Part shown: piece by piece, positions 26,433 to 35,558 of the stretch
How the letters are laid out: every line of letters begins with the position of its first letter
Position numbering within the stretch: position 1 is the stretch's first letter
Source: an uncultured bacterium
Lineage (GTDB): Bacteria; UBP15; UBA6099
DNA: 64,000 nt
NCBI GenBank assembly: GCA_964409645.1
Contig: CAYPEK010000008.1
Coordinates: 2,355 to 66,354, forward strand
Direction: 5' to 3'
Translations under genes and position numbers: made by a program
The notes under the pieces: generated by a model
Databases searched by the model: none
Told to the model about the DNA's origin: nothing
Seen by the model: only the letters and a program-made list of their open reading frames with translations

Positions 26433-27857
26433 ATGACGATCTCACACCGAGTGGCAAAAAACACGGCGTTTTTGACGGTTGACAATGCGGTCAGCCGCGT
26501 GCTCGGATTCGTTGTTAAAATCCTGCTCTTCAGGCTCCTCACACTGAACGAATACGGGCTTTTCACATACGCGTTTTCATTCACGCAGTTGTTTTTCGTC
26601 GTGGCCGACATGGGCCTCGAATACTACACGATACGCGAGGTTGCGCGGGACCGCGAAGGAGCGCGCGCGTATGTCGGAAAGATACTGCCGCTCAAGCTGT
26701 TGCTGTTTGTCGTCGCGGTCGCGGTCACCGTCGCGGCGGCGTTCGCGGTGAAGGACGGATCGGCGAGGGCGCTCATCACGATTTTCGCACTGTACACGTT
26801 CGGCAGGACGTTCTTCACTTTTTTCGAGGGCGTGATAAAAGGCTTCGAGAAGATGGGCCCGGCGGCGGCGTTCTCGATACTCGAATCGCTGCTCGTCGTT
26901 CTTTTCGTGGTTGCGCTCATCAGGCGCGGCGACAGCGCGGTCAAAGTCGGCGTCTGGTACTGCATAACACTCACGGCGGCGATGGTTCCCGCGGCCGTTT
27001 ACGCGGTGCGCCTGACGGGTTTGCCGCGGCTCCGGTTCGACACCGGATTCTGGAAGCGGACGCTTGTGACGAGCTGGCCTTTCGCGGCCTCGATCGTCGC
27101 GGTTCTGGTCCACAGCAACGTGGACATCGTGATGGTGAAATTCTTCAAGGGGCCGGATCAGGTTGCGCTCTACAATCCGGGAATTCTTATTCTCACGAGC
27201 ATCGGGATAATCCAGTCGAGCCTTTCGGTGGCGATATACCCCGTGATCTCGCGAATGCACGGCAACGAGCCGGAAGCGCTCGGAGTTACGTACGAGAAGA
27301 CGTTCAAGCTGCTGACGCTCGCCGGGCTGCCGTTCTACACCGGCGCGGCGATTCTGGCGAAGCCGCTTCTGTTGTTGCTGTTCGGCCCGAAAGCGGCGGC
27401 CGGAGCGGACGCGATGACGATTCTCTGCGCCGCTTATTTCTTTATCAACTACGCGAGCTTCTACGCGACATTCGCGGCCGGAATCGACAAGCAGAAATAC
27501 TACGTTCAGATAAACATCATCAGCGTGATCGTGAACATTCTGATCAATCTCGTTTTCATTCCCAAGTGGGGAATCAAGGGCGCGAGCGCGGCCACCGTGC
27601 TGAGCACGGCGTTTCTCACATTATGGGTTCATTTCACGGTGATGAGGCAGTACCGCAAATTTAATGTCGGCGTATTTCTGGCGAAGGTCGCCGCGGTACT
27701 GATCGTCATGTCGGCGGCCGCGTATTGGTTGCGCGGCGTCAACCTCTTTCTTGCGGTCGGCGCGGGCGGAGCCGTTTACGCGGTGGGCATATTGCTTCTC
27801 AAACCGTACTCGAAAGATGACCTCCTGCTCATTAAAAAAGCGTTCCGGAACCGGTGA
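26433..27857 (+). CDS. Wzx-like oligosaccharide flippase (MOP superfamily)
   Basis: About 12-14 hydrophobic segments; RVAKNTAFL, EYGLF.YA, DMGL...IREVAR, DIVMV, VALYN and LIPKWGIKGASAAT motifs. Confidence 0.9.
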   Translation: MTISHRVAKNTAFLTVDNAVSRVLGFVVKILLFRLLTLNEYGLFTYAFSFTQLFFVVADMGLEYYTIREVARDREGARAYVGKILPLKLLLFVVAVAVTVAAAFAVKDGSARALITIFALYTFGRTFFTFFEGVIKGFEKMGPAAAFSILESLLVVLFVVALIRRGDSAVKVGVWYCITLTAAMVPAAVYAVRLTGLPRLRFDTGFWKRTLVTSWPFAASIVAVLVHSNVDIVMVKFFKGPDQVALYNPGILILTSIGIIQSSLSVAIYPVISRMHGNEPEALGVTYEKTFKLLTLAGLPFYTGAAILAKPLLLLLFGPKAAAGADAMTILCAAYFFINYASFYATFAAGIDKQKYYVQINIISVIVNILINLVFIPKWGIKGASAATVLSTAFLTLWVHFTVMRQYRKFNVGVFLAKVAAVLIVMSAAAYWLRGVNLFLAVGAGGAVYAVGILLLKPYSKDDLLLIKKAFRNR

Positions 27858-27884
27858 ATCGGAGGCCGGTGAAGGGCATAAGGT

Positions 27885-27948
27885 AATCAGATCCGCGCGC
27901 GCCAGAGCGCGGCCTTTCTTTCCTTTGTGTCTTGGTGCCTTTGTGGTG
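27885..27948. repeat. Family A variant + family D repeat (same arrangement as 50868-50930)
   Basis: AATCAGATCCGCGCGCGCCAGAGCGCG followed by CCTTTGTGTCTTGGTGCCTTTGTGGTG. Confidence 0.7.
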
Positions 27949-28028
27949 ATTTGTATAAACGAAGTAACACGAAAAGGTGGTATTCGGTCTTTTTCCTTAT
28001 GTTCTCGCTACTCTATCCTCGCTGCTTC

Positions 28029-30056
28029 TCAGACCGGCAGCCAGATGCGCATTGTACCCGGCGTGCGGTTCGCCCATGAGAAATACGGTATGGCTGTGAA
28101 AGGCGCGGATTTGCGGGCGGAGCTGATGTCTCTGTCGGAGTAGAGCGCTCCCTGCGGGACGATGATCTGCGAGTCGCCTTTCAGCACCCCGACGCCGCCG
28201 AGAAGGTCCTTTTTATACTCGAACGTGAGTTTCGCCGATTCCGGCAGCCGGACCGAGAAAATATCCGTGTCCGGGAAGTCGGCCTGCTCGATGCAGAAAA
28301 GGATCGGCCCACGCATCAGCGCGACGTGGCCTTCGTTTTCATAAACGGCGGGGTTCGAGCGCATCATGTGCGCCTCCATCGGGAAGTCGATGGATATCTT
28401 ATCGCCCGCGCGCCACTCACGCGCGAGTGCGAGATACTCGCCGGGTTTCGCCGTGGCGGCGGTCTTCGACCCGTTCACAGCCACTGAAGCGTTCTTGCAC
28501 CAGCCGGGGATGCGGAGCATGACGGAGAATTTTGCGGGTTGCGCGGGAGCAACGGACATCTCGATCCGGCCGTCCCACGGGTAGTCCGTCTTCTGCGATA
28601 TTTTCACTTTCGCGCCGCCGATTTCCGCCTCCGCTTCGTTCGCGCCGTAAAGATTGACGTAGAGGGCGTCCTTCGAGCGGCTGTAGAAATAGCCGGGGAG
28701 TGACGCGAGGAGGCGCGCGACGTTGGGCGGGCAGCAGGCGGTGCCGTCCCAATGTTTCGACGTGCGCCAGTTGAGGCCGGTCTGTCCGTTGGTGATGTTG
28801 ATTCCGTTGTGTTCGAGCGGGTTGGTGTAGAAATAGTTCTTGCCGTCGAGCGCGACGCCGCTGATCAGCCCGTTGTACAGCGTCTGTTCCATGATGTCGG
28901 CGTATTTCGATTCCGCCGTGAGGTTGAGCATGCGCCAGTTCCACATGAACGAGGCGATCGCCGCGCACGTCTCGGCGTATGCGGTGCGGTTCGGCAACTC
29001 GTAGTTTGCGCCGAACGTCTCGCCGTCGTACCGCGCGCCCGCGCCGCCGGAGATGTACATTTTCTTCTGCGTGAAGTTGTCCCACATTCGGACGAGCTCC
29101 TTCATCAGGGAGTCGTCGCCGGTCTCTGCGAACACGTCCGCCGCGCCGCTGCAGAGGTAGAGCTGTCGCACGGCGTGGCCGCTCACTTCGGGCTGCTCGC
29201 GGAACGGTTTGTCGTCCTGAATGTACGCGTTGTGGAGGCAGCCGGAGGTTTTCGAGCCGCGCTGGTCGATGAAGAACGAGGCGGTGTCGAGGTACTTGCG
29301 TGTGCCGGTTGCCCGGTATAGCTCGACGAGTGCCATCTCGACTTCGGGGTGGCCGGGCGCGCCGCCGTTGGCCCTCGGGCTGAACCGGCGCGAAATGTGG
29401 TCCGCCCATTTTTGCGCCACGTCGAGGAACTCGCCGCCGCCGGTTGCGCGGTAGTGCGCGACCGCCGCCTGAACCAGATGGCCGCCGCAGTAGAGTTCGT
29501 GGTTGTACGCGAGGTTTGTCCAGCGGAAATACTTCTGCGCGCCCATGAACGCCGTGTTGAGATAGCCGTCCTTTTGTTGCGAACCGGCAACGAGGCCGAT
29601 GAATTCGTCGAGCGTCTTCTGCAAGTCGGCGTCGGGTTCGCGGGAAATCTGCCACGCGACCGCCTCCGCCCATTTGTACACGTCGGAGTCGTCATAGATG
29701 CGGCCGTGGTGGCCGCCGCAGTTTTTTACGCCGGAGGCGTCGCGGAAGTTGTCGATGCGCTGCGTTCGCTCGCATTCCGCCCACTGGTGGGGGATGGATA
29801 CTTTATGGTTCACGGCGAGTTTGGGCGACCAGAAGGTGTCGCTGAAACGCACCTGATTGACGCCGAGCGGGAACAGTTTCGCGGAGGGGCTCTTTGACGT
29901 GTCGGTTATGAGCGCTGCCGCGTTCGGCGCCGCTCCCGGCTGGGAAGCAGCGGCGTTTTCGCTCGCTCGCGCGCCGTGCCCGCCGATTCCGGCGAGGCCC
30001 GCCGCCGCGGCAAGCTGCGCACCGGTTTTAAGAAAATCGCGTCTTGTGATCTCCAC
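28029..30056 (-). CDS. GH127 beta-L-arabinofuranosidase-like glycoside hydrolase, Tat-exported
   Basis: TRRDFLK Tat motif; DSDVYKW.EA, HELYCGGH, GHAVRQLY, AETCAAI and ACCPPN motifs; GTG start after GAGGAGG. Confidence 0.92.
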   Translation of the reverse strand: MEITRRDFLKTGAQLAAAAGLAGIGGHGARASENAAASQPGAAPNAAALITDTSKSPSAKLFPLGVNQVRFSDTFWSPKLAVNHKVSIPHQWAECERTQRIDNFRDASGVKNCGGHHGRIYDDSDVYKWAEAVAWQISREPDADLQKTLDEFIGLVAGSQQKDGYLNTAFMGAQKYFRWTNLAYNHELYCGGHLVQAAVAHYRATGGGEFLDVAQKWADHISRRFSPRANGGAPGHPEVEMALVELYRATGTRKYLDTASFFIDQRGSKTSGCLHNAYIQDDKPFREQPEVSGHAVRQLYLCSGAADVFAETGDDSLMKELVRMWDNFTQKKMYISGGAGARYDGETFGANYELPNRTAYAETCAAIASFMWNWRMLNLTAESKYADIMEQTLYNGLISGVALDGKNYFYTNPLEHNGINITNGQTGLNWRTSKHWDGTACCPPNVARLLASLPGYFYSRSKDALYVNLYGANEAEAEIGGAKVKISQKTDYPWDGRIEMSVAPAQPAKFSVMLRIPGWCKNASVAVNGSKTAATAKPGEYLALAREWRAGDKISIDFPMEAHMMRSNPAVYENEGHVALMRGPILFCIEQADFPDTDIFSVRLPESAKLTFEYKKDLLGGVGVLKGDSQIIVPQGALYSDRDISSARKSAPFTAIPYFSWANRTPGTMRIWLPV

Positions 30057-30082
30057 GGTAGTTCCTCCTCGATTCGTTTGTG

Positions 30083-31288
30083 TCAGCGGCCGAGCGGGCT
30101 GAGAGAGCGGACTGCGGCGATGAGGTAATCGAGCGCCTCGCGTGTCTGCCGCGGATTGATCGGAAGCGTAACGATACGTTCGCCGACACCGTCCGCGACC
30201 GGGAACATCCCTTTCTCGAAACCACGCTTGCGGAATGCGGTGACCCAGTGCAGCGGGATGTAATGCGCGCCGACTTTCACGCCTTTTTCATAGAGCATCG
30301 CGTGTATGAAATCGACCTTGTTCATTCCGAATTCGGCCTCGTGGATTTCGATCGGATAGAGGTGGAACACGTGCTTGCGGTCCGGCATAACGCGGGGCAG
30401 GGTGAGTCCGGGGACGTCCTTGAGGCCCTCGGTGATGTACGCCGCGTTCTCGATGCGGCGGCGGTTGAGATCGTCGAGCTTGCGAAGCTGGATGATGCCG
30501 ACGGCCGCCTGAATGTCGGTCATGCGGAAGTTGTATCCGCAGTCGTCGAAGTCCTGCCACCAGAAGCGTTTGCCCATCGGCAACTCGGATTCGTCGATGC
30601 TGCAATATTTCGTGCTCTTGCCATAGACTCGCGTGCAGTGCGAGCGGTAGAGGGCGATTTTTTCGAACACGTCGGCGTCGTTGGTGGTTATCATGCCGCC
30701 CTCGCCGAGCGTGGACATGTTTTTCTGTTCGTGGAAGCTGTAGCAGCCCGTGTCGCCCATCGAGCCCGCCTTGCGGCCCTTGTACTCGCCACCGATGGTG
30801 TGGCAGGCGTCCTCGACGATGGCGAAGCCGTGTTCTTTCGAGAGCGAGAGCAGGGCGTCCATGTCGCAGCATTGGCCGTAGAGATGCACCGGCGCGACGG
30901 CCTTCGTGTCCGGCGTTAGCTTTTCGGCAACCTTTTGAGGATCGAGGTTGTACGTCACCGGATCGATGTCGGCGAAATCGACTTCTGCGCCGAGCGTGAC
31001 GGCGGCGGCGGCGGTGGCGATCCACGTCACCGGCGTGGTGATTACGCGCGTGCCCGGTCCGACTCCGAGTGCGAGCATGGAGAGGAAGAGCGACGCGGTG
31101 CCGTTGCTCGTCGCGCGCGCGTATTTCGTTCCCATGTATTCGGCGTATTCCTTCTCGAACTGAATGCACGCATTCCCGCTTGTCGGTGCTTCCTTGTGGA
31201 GGATATCGACAATCGCGGCTTCCTCCTCCGGCCCGTATTCGGTGCCGAACTGTATTTTTAGGTCGTGTTTGATTTCGGGTGATGCCAT
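30083..31288 (-). CDS. DegT/DnrJ/EryC1/StrS PLP-dependent sugar aminotransferase
   Basis: SNGTASL, VHLYGQ, IVEDACH, YSFHEQKN (PLP Lys), GEGGMI and GYNFRM motifs. Confidence 0.92.
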   Translation of the reverse strand: MASPEIKHDLKIQFGTEYGPEEEAAIVDILHKEAPTSGNACIQFEKEYAEYMGTKYARATSNGTASLFLSMLALGVGPGTRVITTPVTWIATAAAAVTLGAEVDFADIDPVTYNLDPQKVAEKLTPDTKAVAPVHLYGQCCDMDALLSLSKEHGFAIVEDACHTIGGEYKGRKAGSMGDTGCYSFHEQKNMSTLGEGGMITTNDADVFEKIALYRSHCTRVYGKSTKYCSIDESELPMGKRFWWQDFDDCGYNFRMTDIQAAVGIIQLRKLDDLNRRRIENAAYITEGLKDVPGLTLPRVMPDRKHVFHLYPIEIHEAEFGMNKVDFIHAMLYEKGVKVGAHYIPLHWVTAFRKRGFEKGMFPVADGVGERIVTLPINPRQTREALDYLIAAVRSLSPLGR

Positions 31289-31508
31289 AGCAGTCTCCTT
31301 TTGGCGATTAATTTATGAGGGAAGCGCGCCGCGGCCGGGAGTCTCGTTCAACAGGCCTTTGATCATAAAACTCCTCCGCGCGTTGCTTCTGTGTGGGGTG
31401 CGCGCGCGCATAAATTCTACACGCAGGCGCGCGCGCGTGTCCATTGAGCGCGCGAAAACACATCGCGCTCGTTGCGTACTCTCGAATTTCGCGGCCGATA
31501 TGCGAAAA

Positions 31509-31826
31509 TCAGAGAATGTTATCCAGTTTCTTTGAGATATTGTCGTACGGCACGTTGCCGGAAACCCTGTCCTTTTCGGAGCCGCCTTTGAACAGAATCA
31601 CGGTCGGGACGCCGCGTATGCCGAACTTGGTCGCCAGTTCGCGCGCCTGATCGATGTCGATCGTGAACACCTTCGCGCGGCCTTCGTAATCTTTCGCTAT
31701 TTTTTCGATTGTCGGGGCCAGCATTTTGCACGGGCCGCACCATGTCGCGCTGAAATCTACGAGAACGGGTATCGGGGACTCCTTTACGTCGGAGTCGAAA
31801 TTCTTCGGGTCTAAAAGGTTGAACAT
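31509..31826 (-). CDS. trxA: Thioredoxin
   Basis: VLVDFSATWCGPCKML and FGIRGVPT motifs; AGGAGG RBS. Confidence 0.95.
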   Translation of the reverse strand: MFNLLDPKNFDSDVKESPIPVLVDFSATWCGPCKMLAPTIEKIAKDYEGRAKVFTIDIDQARELATKFGIRGVPTVILFKGGSEKDRVSGNVPYDNISKKLDNIL

Positions 31827-31979
31827 TTTTCACGCCTCCTGCGGCCGCATGGCCGCTGCAAGGATTGTCGTCTGTACGGACACGGATAGTATATCCCGCG
31901 CGCCGCCGACGGACAATCCGCGGCCTCAAAACTTTTTAACGCCGCAAAGGTTTGATTTCCATCAATGTTTCCCACGCGA

Positions 31980-32096
31980 TCAGCCGCCGATACCCGGATG
32001 AACGCGCGTGATGAAGATTGCGAATGTAAGCAGCATCAGCACGGCGCTGATCCAGAAGCAGTGCTCCTCGGTCGTCATCTGTTCATTTTCCCACAT
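31980..32096 (-). CDS. Putative 38-aa single-pass membrane microprotein (below the ORF-track cutoff)
   Basis: MWENEQMTTEEHCFWISAVLMLLTFAIFITRVHPGIGG*; GGGAGG 8 nt upstream of the ATG; co-oriented upstream of trxA. Confidence 0.55.
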   Translation of the reverse strand: MWENEQMTTEEHCFWISAVLMLLTFAIFITRVHPGIGG

Positions 32097-32174
32097 GTTT
32101 CGGGCCTCCCGCCTTTTTTCTCAATCATAAATGCGGGGTGTGACAAATAAGATTGACAAAGGGGGCAAAACAGT

Positions 32175-32490
32175 AGCGAGGATAGAGTAGCGAGTCGCGA
32201 GGGAAAGGCAGAAGCAAGAATATAGAATACAGGATATAGAATATAGCGAAAGGCAAAAGGCAATATTCAAATTATGCAGGGCGGGGTCGCCGGTCGGCAG
32301 GCCGCACCCCGCCGATCAATAATATATGCCGCGCGCGGCAGCAAGCGGCCACATAGCAAAAGGCAGAAGATTAAGTACGAACCGCGCGTGAGCAAGCGGT
32401 TGCATAATAGAAGGATATATAAGATACATTAAATACAGAAATAAAGTGATCACAAAGGCACAGGAAAAAGCGGCAAAGCCGCTTTTCAAA
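32175..32490 (+). repeat. Second copy of the heptamer + REP B + REP A composite, with extra A, D-fragment and hairpin units
   Basis: Heptads AGCGAGG ATAGAGT AGCGAGT CGCGAGG GAAAGGC AGAAGCA AGAATAT AGAATAC; family B 32276-32313; family A 32328-32354 and 32378-32400; AAAAGCGGC-A-AAGCCGCTTTT-type hairpin near 32467-32486. Confidence 0.75.
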
Positions 32491-32672
32491 AGCGTACTCC
32501 TGCTGTTCGGCCCACCATTCCGTTATTGTTTATTATTTGTTATTCGGCAGCAGGAATGTGACAAAAATCATTTAAAACAGATGCATTTTTGTGGTTGAAG
32601 ATTACAAAAGAGGGTAAAAGGAAAGTGGAGGAAAAGCAAAAAAGGCTAGGACTTCCGGGGGGAGGTGCCGAA

Positions 32673-33008
32673 ATGTACTTCAACTTAGAGGAAAGACAGG
32701 AAGGGAATGCCACCGTAATCAAATTATCGGGTGAGTTGTGTAATGACACGGTCGGCCGGGCTCAGGCTCTTGTTGCGGATGTGGCGAACAAAACTTCACG
32801 TGGAATCGTGTTTGATTTAACATGTCTCGATTTTGTGGACAGCAAAGGCGCCGGGTTCCTGCTTCAAATGAAAAAAATATACAACGGGAACAGGGCGATT
32901 GTGCTGGCGGGCTTGCAGGGGTCGATCAAGTCGGTTCTCACACGGCTTATGATTACCGAGCAGATTAAAACATACAACACGGTTGAGGATGCGGTGAAGA
33001 GAATGTAG
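32673..33008 (+). CDS. STAS-domain anti-sigma factor antagonist
   Basis: VIKLSGEL and VFDLTCLDFVDSKGAGFL (phosphorylatable Ser position); GGAGGTG RBS. Confidence 0.9.
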   Translation: MYFNLEERQEGNATVIKLSGELCNDTVGRAQALVADVANKTSRGIVFDLTCLDFVDSKGAGFLLQMKKIYNGNRAIVLAGLQGSIKSVLTRLMITEQIKTYNTVEDAVKRM

Positions 33009-33079
33009 CAGAACGCGGCAACGACAAGAACACGGTTAAAACGCCGGACAAAAAACCGGTGGCCGGAGAAGAACTACGT

Positions 33080-33108
33080 AAAAAAGCCCTTTAGCAAAGG
33101 GCTTTTTT
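33080..33108. terminator. Rho-independent terminator
   Basis: AAAAAAGCCCTTT-agc-AAAGGGCTTTTTT perfect stem. Confidence 0.85.
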
Positions 33109-33160
33109 GTTTTAGCGGGTGTTTATCCGGGTAAAATAAAAGTGAAAGGGGGTGACGAAG

Positions 33161-33919
33161 ATGAAACGGAAAGCGATCAGGATGATTGAAGCGGCGGTGG
33201 TGGCGGCATGCATGGTCGTATCGGTCGAACCGGCGGTCGGCGCGAAGAACTTCTGGGATACGTATTCGAACAAACTCGTTTACAATTACGCGATTAAATC
33301 GGGGGATGTGTACGCGGAAGGGATGAACCAGAGGCTTGCGCCGCACGAGGTGCTTTCCGTGTCATCGAAGTCGTTCTCCCAGAGTTTCGGAACCCGGGTG
33401 TCGGAGGTGGCGAAGGAACATCGCGCATTCGCGATCGTGTGTATTTTCTCGAGGACTCCGGAGAAATGTTACTTGGACAGTGTGATGAAGACAACGTTCG
33501 ACGAGATAGAATTCCTGCACGCGCCGAACATCTCGCAGAAAATGATAAAGAAATTCGGAAGGTTTTATACCGCATCATTGATGAAACCCAAAGAAATCGA
33601 AGGGAAAGAGGAGCGGGCATCCGGCGTGTCGCGGAAGAAGAATTTCAACCCACGGTTCGGGTTCACGCTTAACGATATGGAACTGTATGCGGCTGCGCCG
33701 TTCTACACATTCCGCGGAATATACGTCGAGCCGATTCTGGGCACGGCGCACGGACCGAGCGTCAGCCTCATGAAGAACGGTGTCAGCTTGGATTTCGACC
33801 GCGAGGGGCTCGCGATCCAGTATAAGACAAAACCGGTGCTCAGCGAACGGGCGAAACTCACGGTGACGATCCGCCCCGAAGGCGAAATAAGAATAGAGAA
33901 TGTTTACATGGTGTGGTGA
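33161..33919 (+). CDS. Exported hypothetical protein, possibly a small outer-membrane beta-barrel
   Basis: Signal peptide ending AVGA; beta-strand-like C-terminal third ending IENVYMVW; GGGGGTG RBS. Confidence 0.65.
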   Translation: MKRKAIRMIEAAVVAACMVVSVEPAVGAKNFWDTYSNKLVYNYAIKSGDVYAEGMNQRLAPHEVLSVSSKSFSQSFGTRVSEVAKEHRAFAIVCIFSRTPEKCYLDSVMKTTFDEIEFLHAPNISQKMIKKFGRFYTASLMKPKEIEGKEERASGVSRKKNFNPRFGFTLNDMELYAAAPFYTFRGIYVEPILGTAHGPSVSLMKNGVSLDFDREGLAIQYKTKPVLSERAKLTVTIRPEGEIRIENVYMVW

Positions 33920-34184
33920 TCGGGGCTCGGGAAAGCCGGTTAACCCGATTGTGACTGACTCTCAGCTACTTTAGAAAAAAGCTGTTCATTATTTTTCCCG
34001 GCGGAAAATTGAGTGTAATCAGGTGCTTATTTTGCTTCGTATCATGTGCTGCGTTTGGCGCGGCGCGGGATTTCGGGAAAAGCGGAAATTTTTACTTTTC
34101 AGCAGATTGCCGGTTCGAAGATTTTTAATCCGCAAGTAAAATATATATAATGTAAATTCAATTACATAAAAACTGGAGTTCATC

Positions 34185-34754
34185 ATGCCGGACAGAGATG
34201 TAAAGACTGTTAAGGATCAGATATTTTTTCAGTACGCGAAGATTATTGCCTGCAGCGCTTTCGGATTTGAGAACGGCAGCATTGCCAAGAAGGAACAGTA
34301 CGGTTTTATAAAGAAGCGATTCAGGATGCTGCAGTCGGGCGAGATTTCGTGGTCCGATATCCTGCGGGAAGACAAACAACTGGTGGACGCTGAAAAGAAG
34401 TGCGTGTACTGTGGCGCGGCGGATGATCTTTCATGGGAGCATATCGTTCCGAAGTCGCTGAAGATCAAGCCGGAATGCGGGGATTGCGACGCGATCCAGA
34501 GTATTCACAATCACGTGTGGGCTTGCAGGCGATGCAACTCATCGAAAGGGAATCGCGGGCTGTACGCGTTTTATCAGTCCATGATGCCGAAAGAGAAGTA
34601 TTACGATTTTCTGCCGGCGCTGGTGGAGAAGAAGTACCTGAAGACGATTTACCAATGCCATGTATGCGCAGGCACGCTGGATTCGCCGGATGCTGACGGC
34701 AACGGGAAGATGGATGTGCTGGATGTGGATTTTGCCGTGGCGAATTTCATCTGA
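34185..34754 (+). CDS. HNH endonuclease with Zn-binding CxxC motifs and a C-terminal EF-hand-like loop
   Basis: CVYCG...EHIVPKS...NHVWACRRCNSSKG; extra CGDC and CHVC; DADGNGKMDVLD near the C-terminus. Confidence 0.85.
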   Translation: MPDRDVKTVKDQIFFQYAKIIACSAFGFENGSIAKKEQYGFIKKRFRMLQSGEISWSDILREDKQLVDAEKKCVYCGAADDLSWEHIVPKSLKIKPECGDCDAIQSIHNHVWACRRCNSSKGNRGLYAFYQSMMPKEKYYDFLPALVEKKYLKTIYQCHVCAGTLDSPDADGNGKMDVLDVDFAVANFI

Positions 34755-34896
34755 GAGCGAAGAAAAAGCAAAACTAAAATCCATTTAAAAGACGCTCTGC
34801 TTTTTTCTGTAGGACGTATAACCGAAATCCCGGCGGGTTCTCTGCGACGCGTGAGTTTCCGGGCTTTGATGTGGGCAGCCTGAAGGAATGTATCGC

Positions 34897-35388
34897 TTAT
34901 ATCCTTTTTTGGAACAGCAATATGTCGAAATCCTCGCCGAATTTGAATCCCGCATCGCGTATGCAGCCGACTTGTTCGAAACCGTTGCTTTTGTGAAAAC
35001 AGATGCTGGGGTCGTTCTTCGATGAAACACTCGCCACGAGGTTGTCCACGCCTACATGCTTTGCCTCGCAGGCCAGACTTTCGAGAAGTGTTTTCCCCAG
35101 CCCTTTGCGGGTACATTCCGGTGCAAGGAAGTATGTCAATTCCGCCGTTCTTTTTATTGCGTCTCCGGGATGGTACTTCTTGAGCAGGCCGAAACCTATA
35201 ACCCCGTTGTTTTCATCCTCCGCGATGAGCGCCGATATGATATCGGGGCCGTTTAGAAGCAAATTGAAGCGCTCTTCAGGCCACATTGCGGACGCATAGG
35301 CGGCGAAACTGTTTTCTATGTAATGCGCGAAAATTCTCATCACTCCGTGTTTGTGCTTCATCTCCAGCTTCACGATTCTGATATTCAT
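34897..35388 (-). CDS. GNAT N-acetyltransferase (phosphinothricin acetyltransferase/YncA-like)
   Basis: HYIENSFAAY, AELTYFLAPECTRKGLGKTLL, NDPSICFHKSNGF and GFKFGEDFD motifs. Confidence 0.88.
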   Translation of the reverse strand: MNIRIVKLEMKHKHGVMRIFAHYIENSFAAYASAMWPEERFNLLLNGPDIISALIAEDENNGVIGFGLLKKYHPGDAIKRTAELTYFLAPECTRKGLGKTLLESLACEAKHVGVDNLVASVSSKNDPSICFHKSNGFEQVGCIRDAGFKFGEDFDILLFQKRI

Positions 35389-35558
35389 TCGCCACCTCCG
35401 CCTTGTCGGATTATTCTACCCGAATGAGGCAGGATTTACATTGTTAACATTGCAAGTGGATGAAAAAGCAGTAGCGAGGGTCGAGAGGAACACGAAGAGC
35501 GGTTCCAAAATCCGGGCGCGATGTATTTCGGCGTAGGGTATTTTGCCCGAATGCCGGG

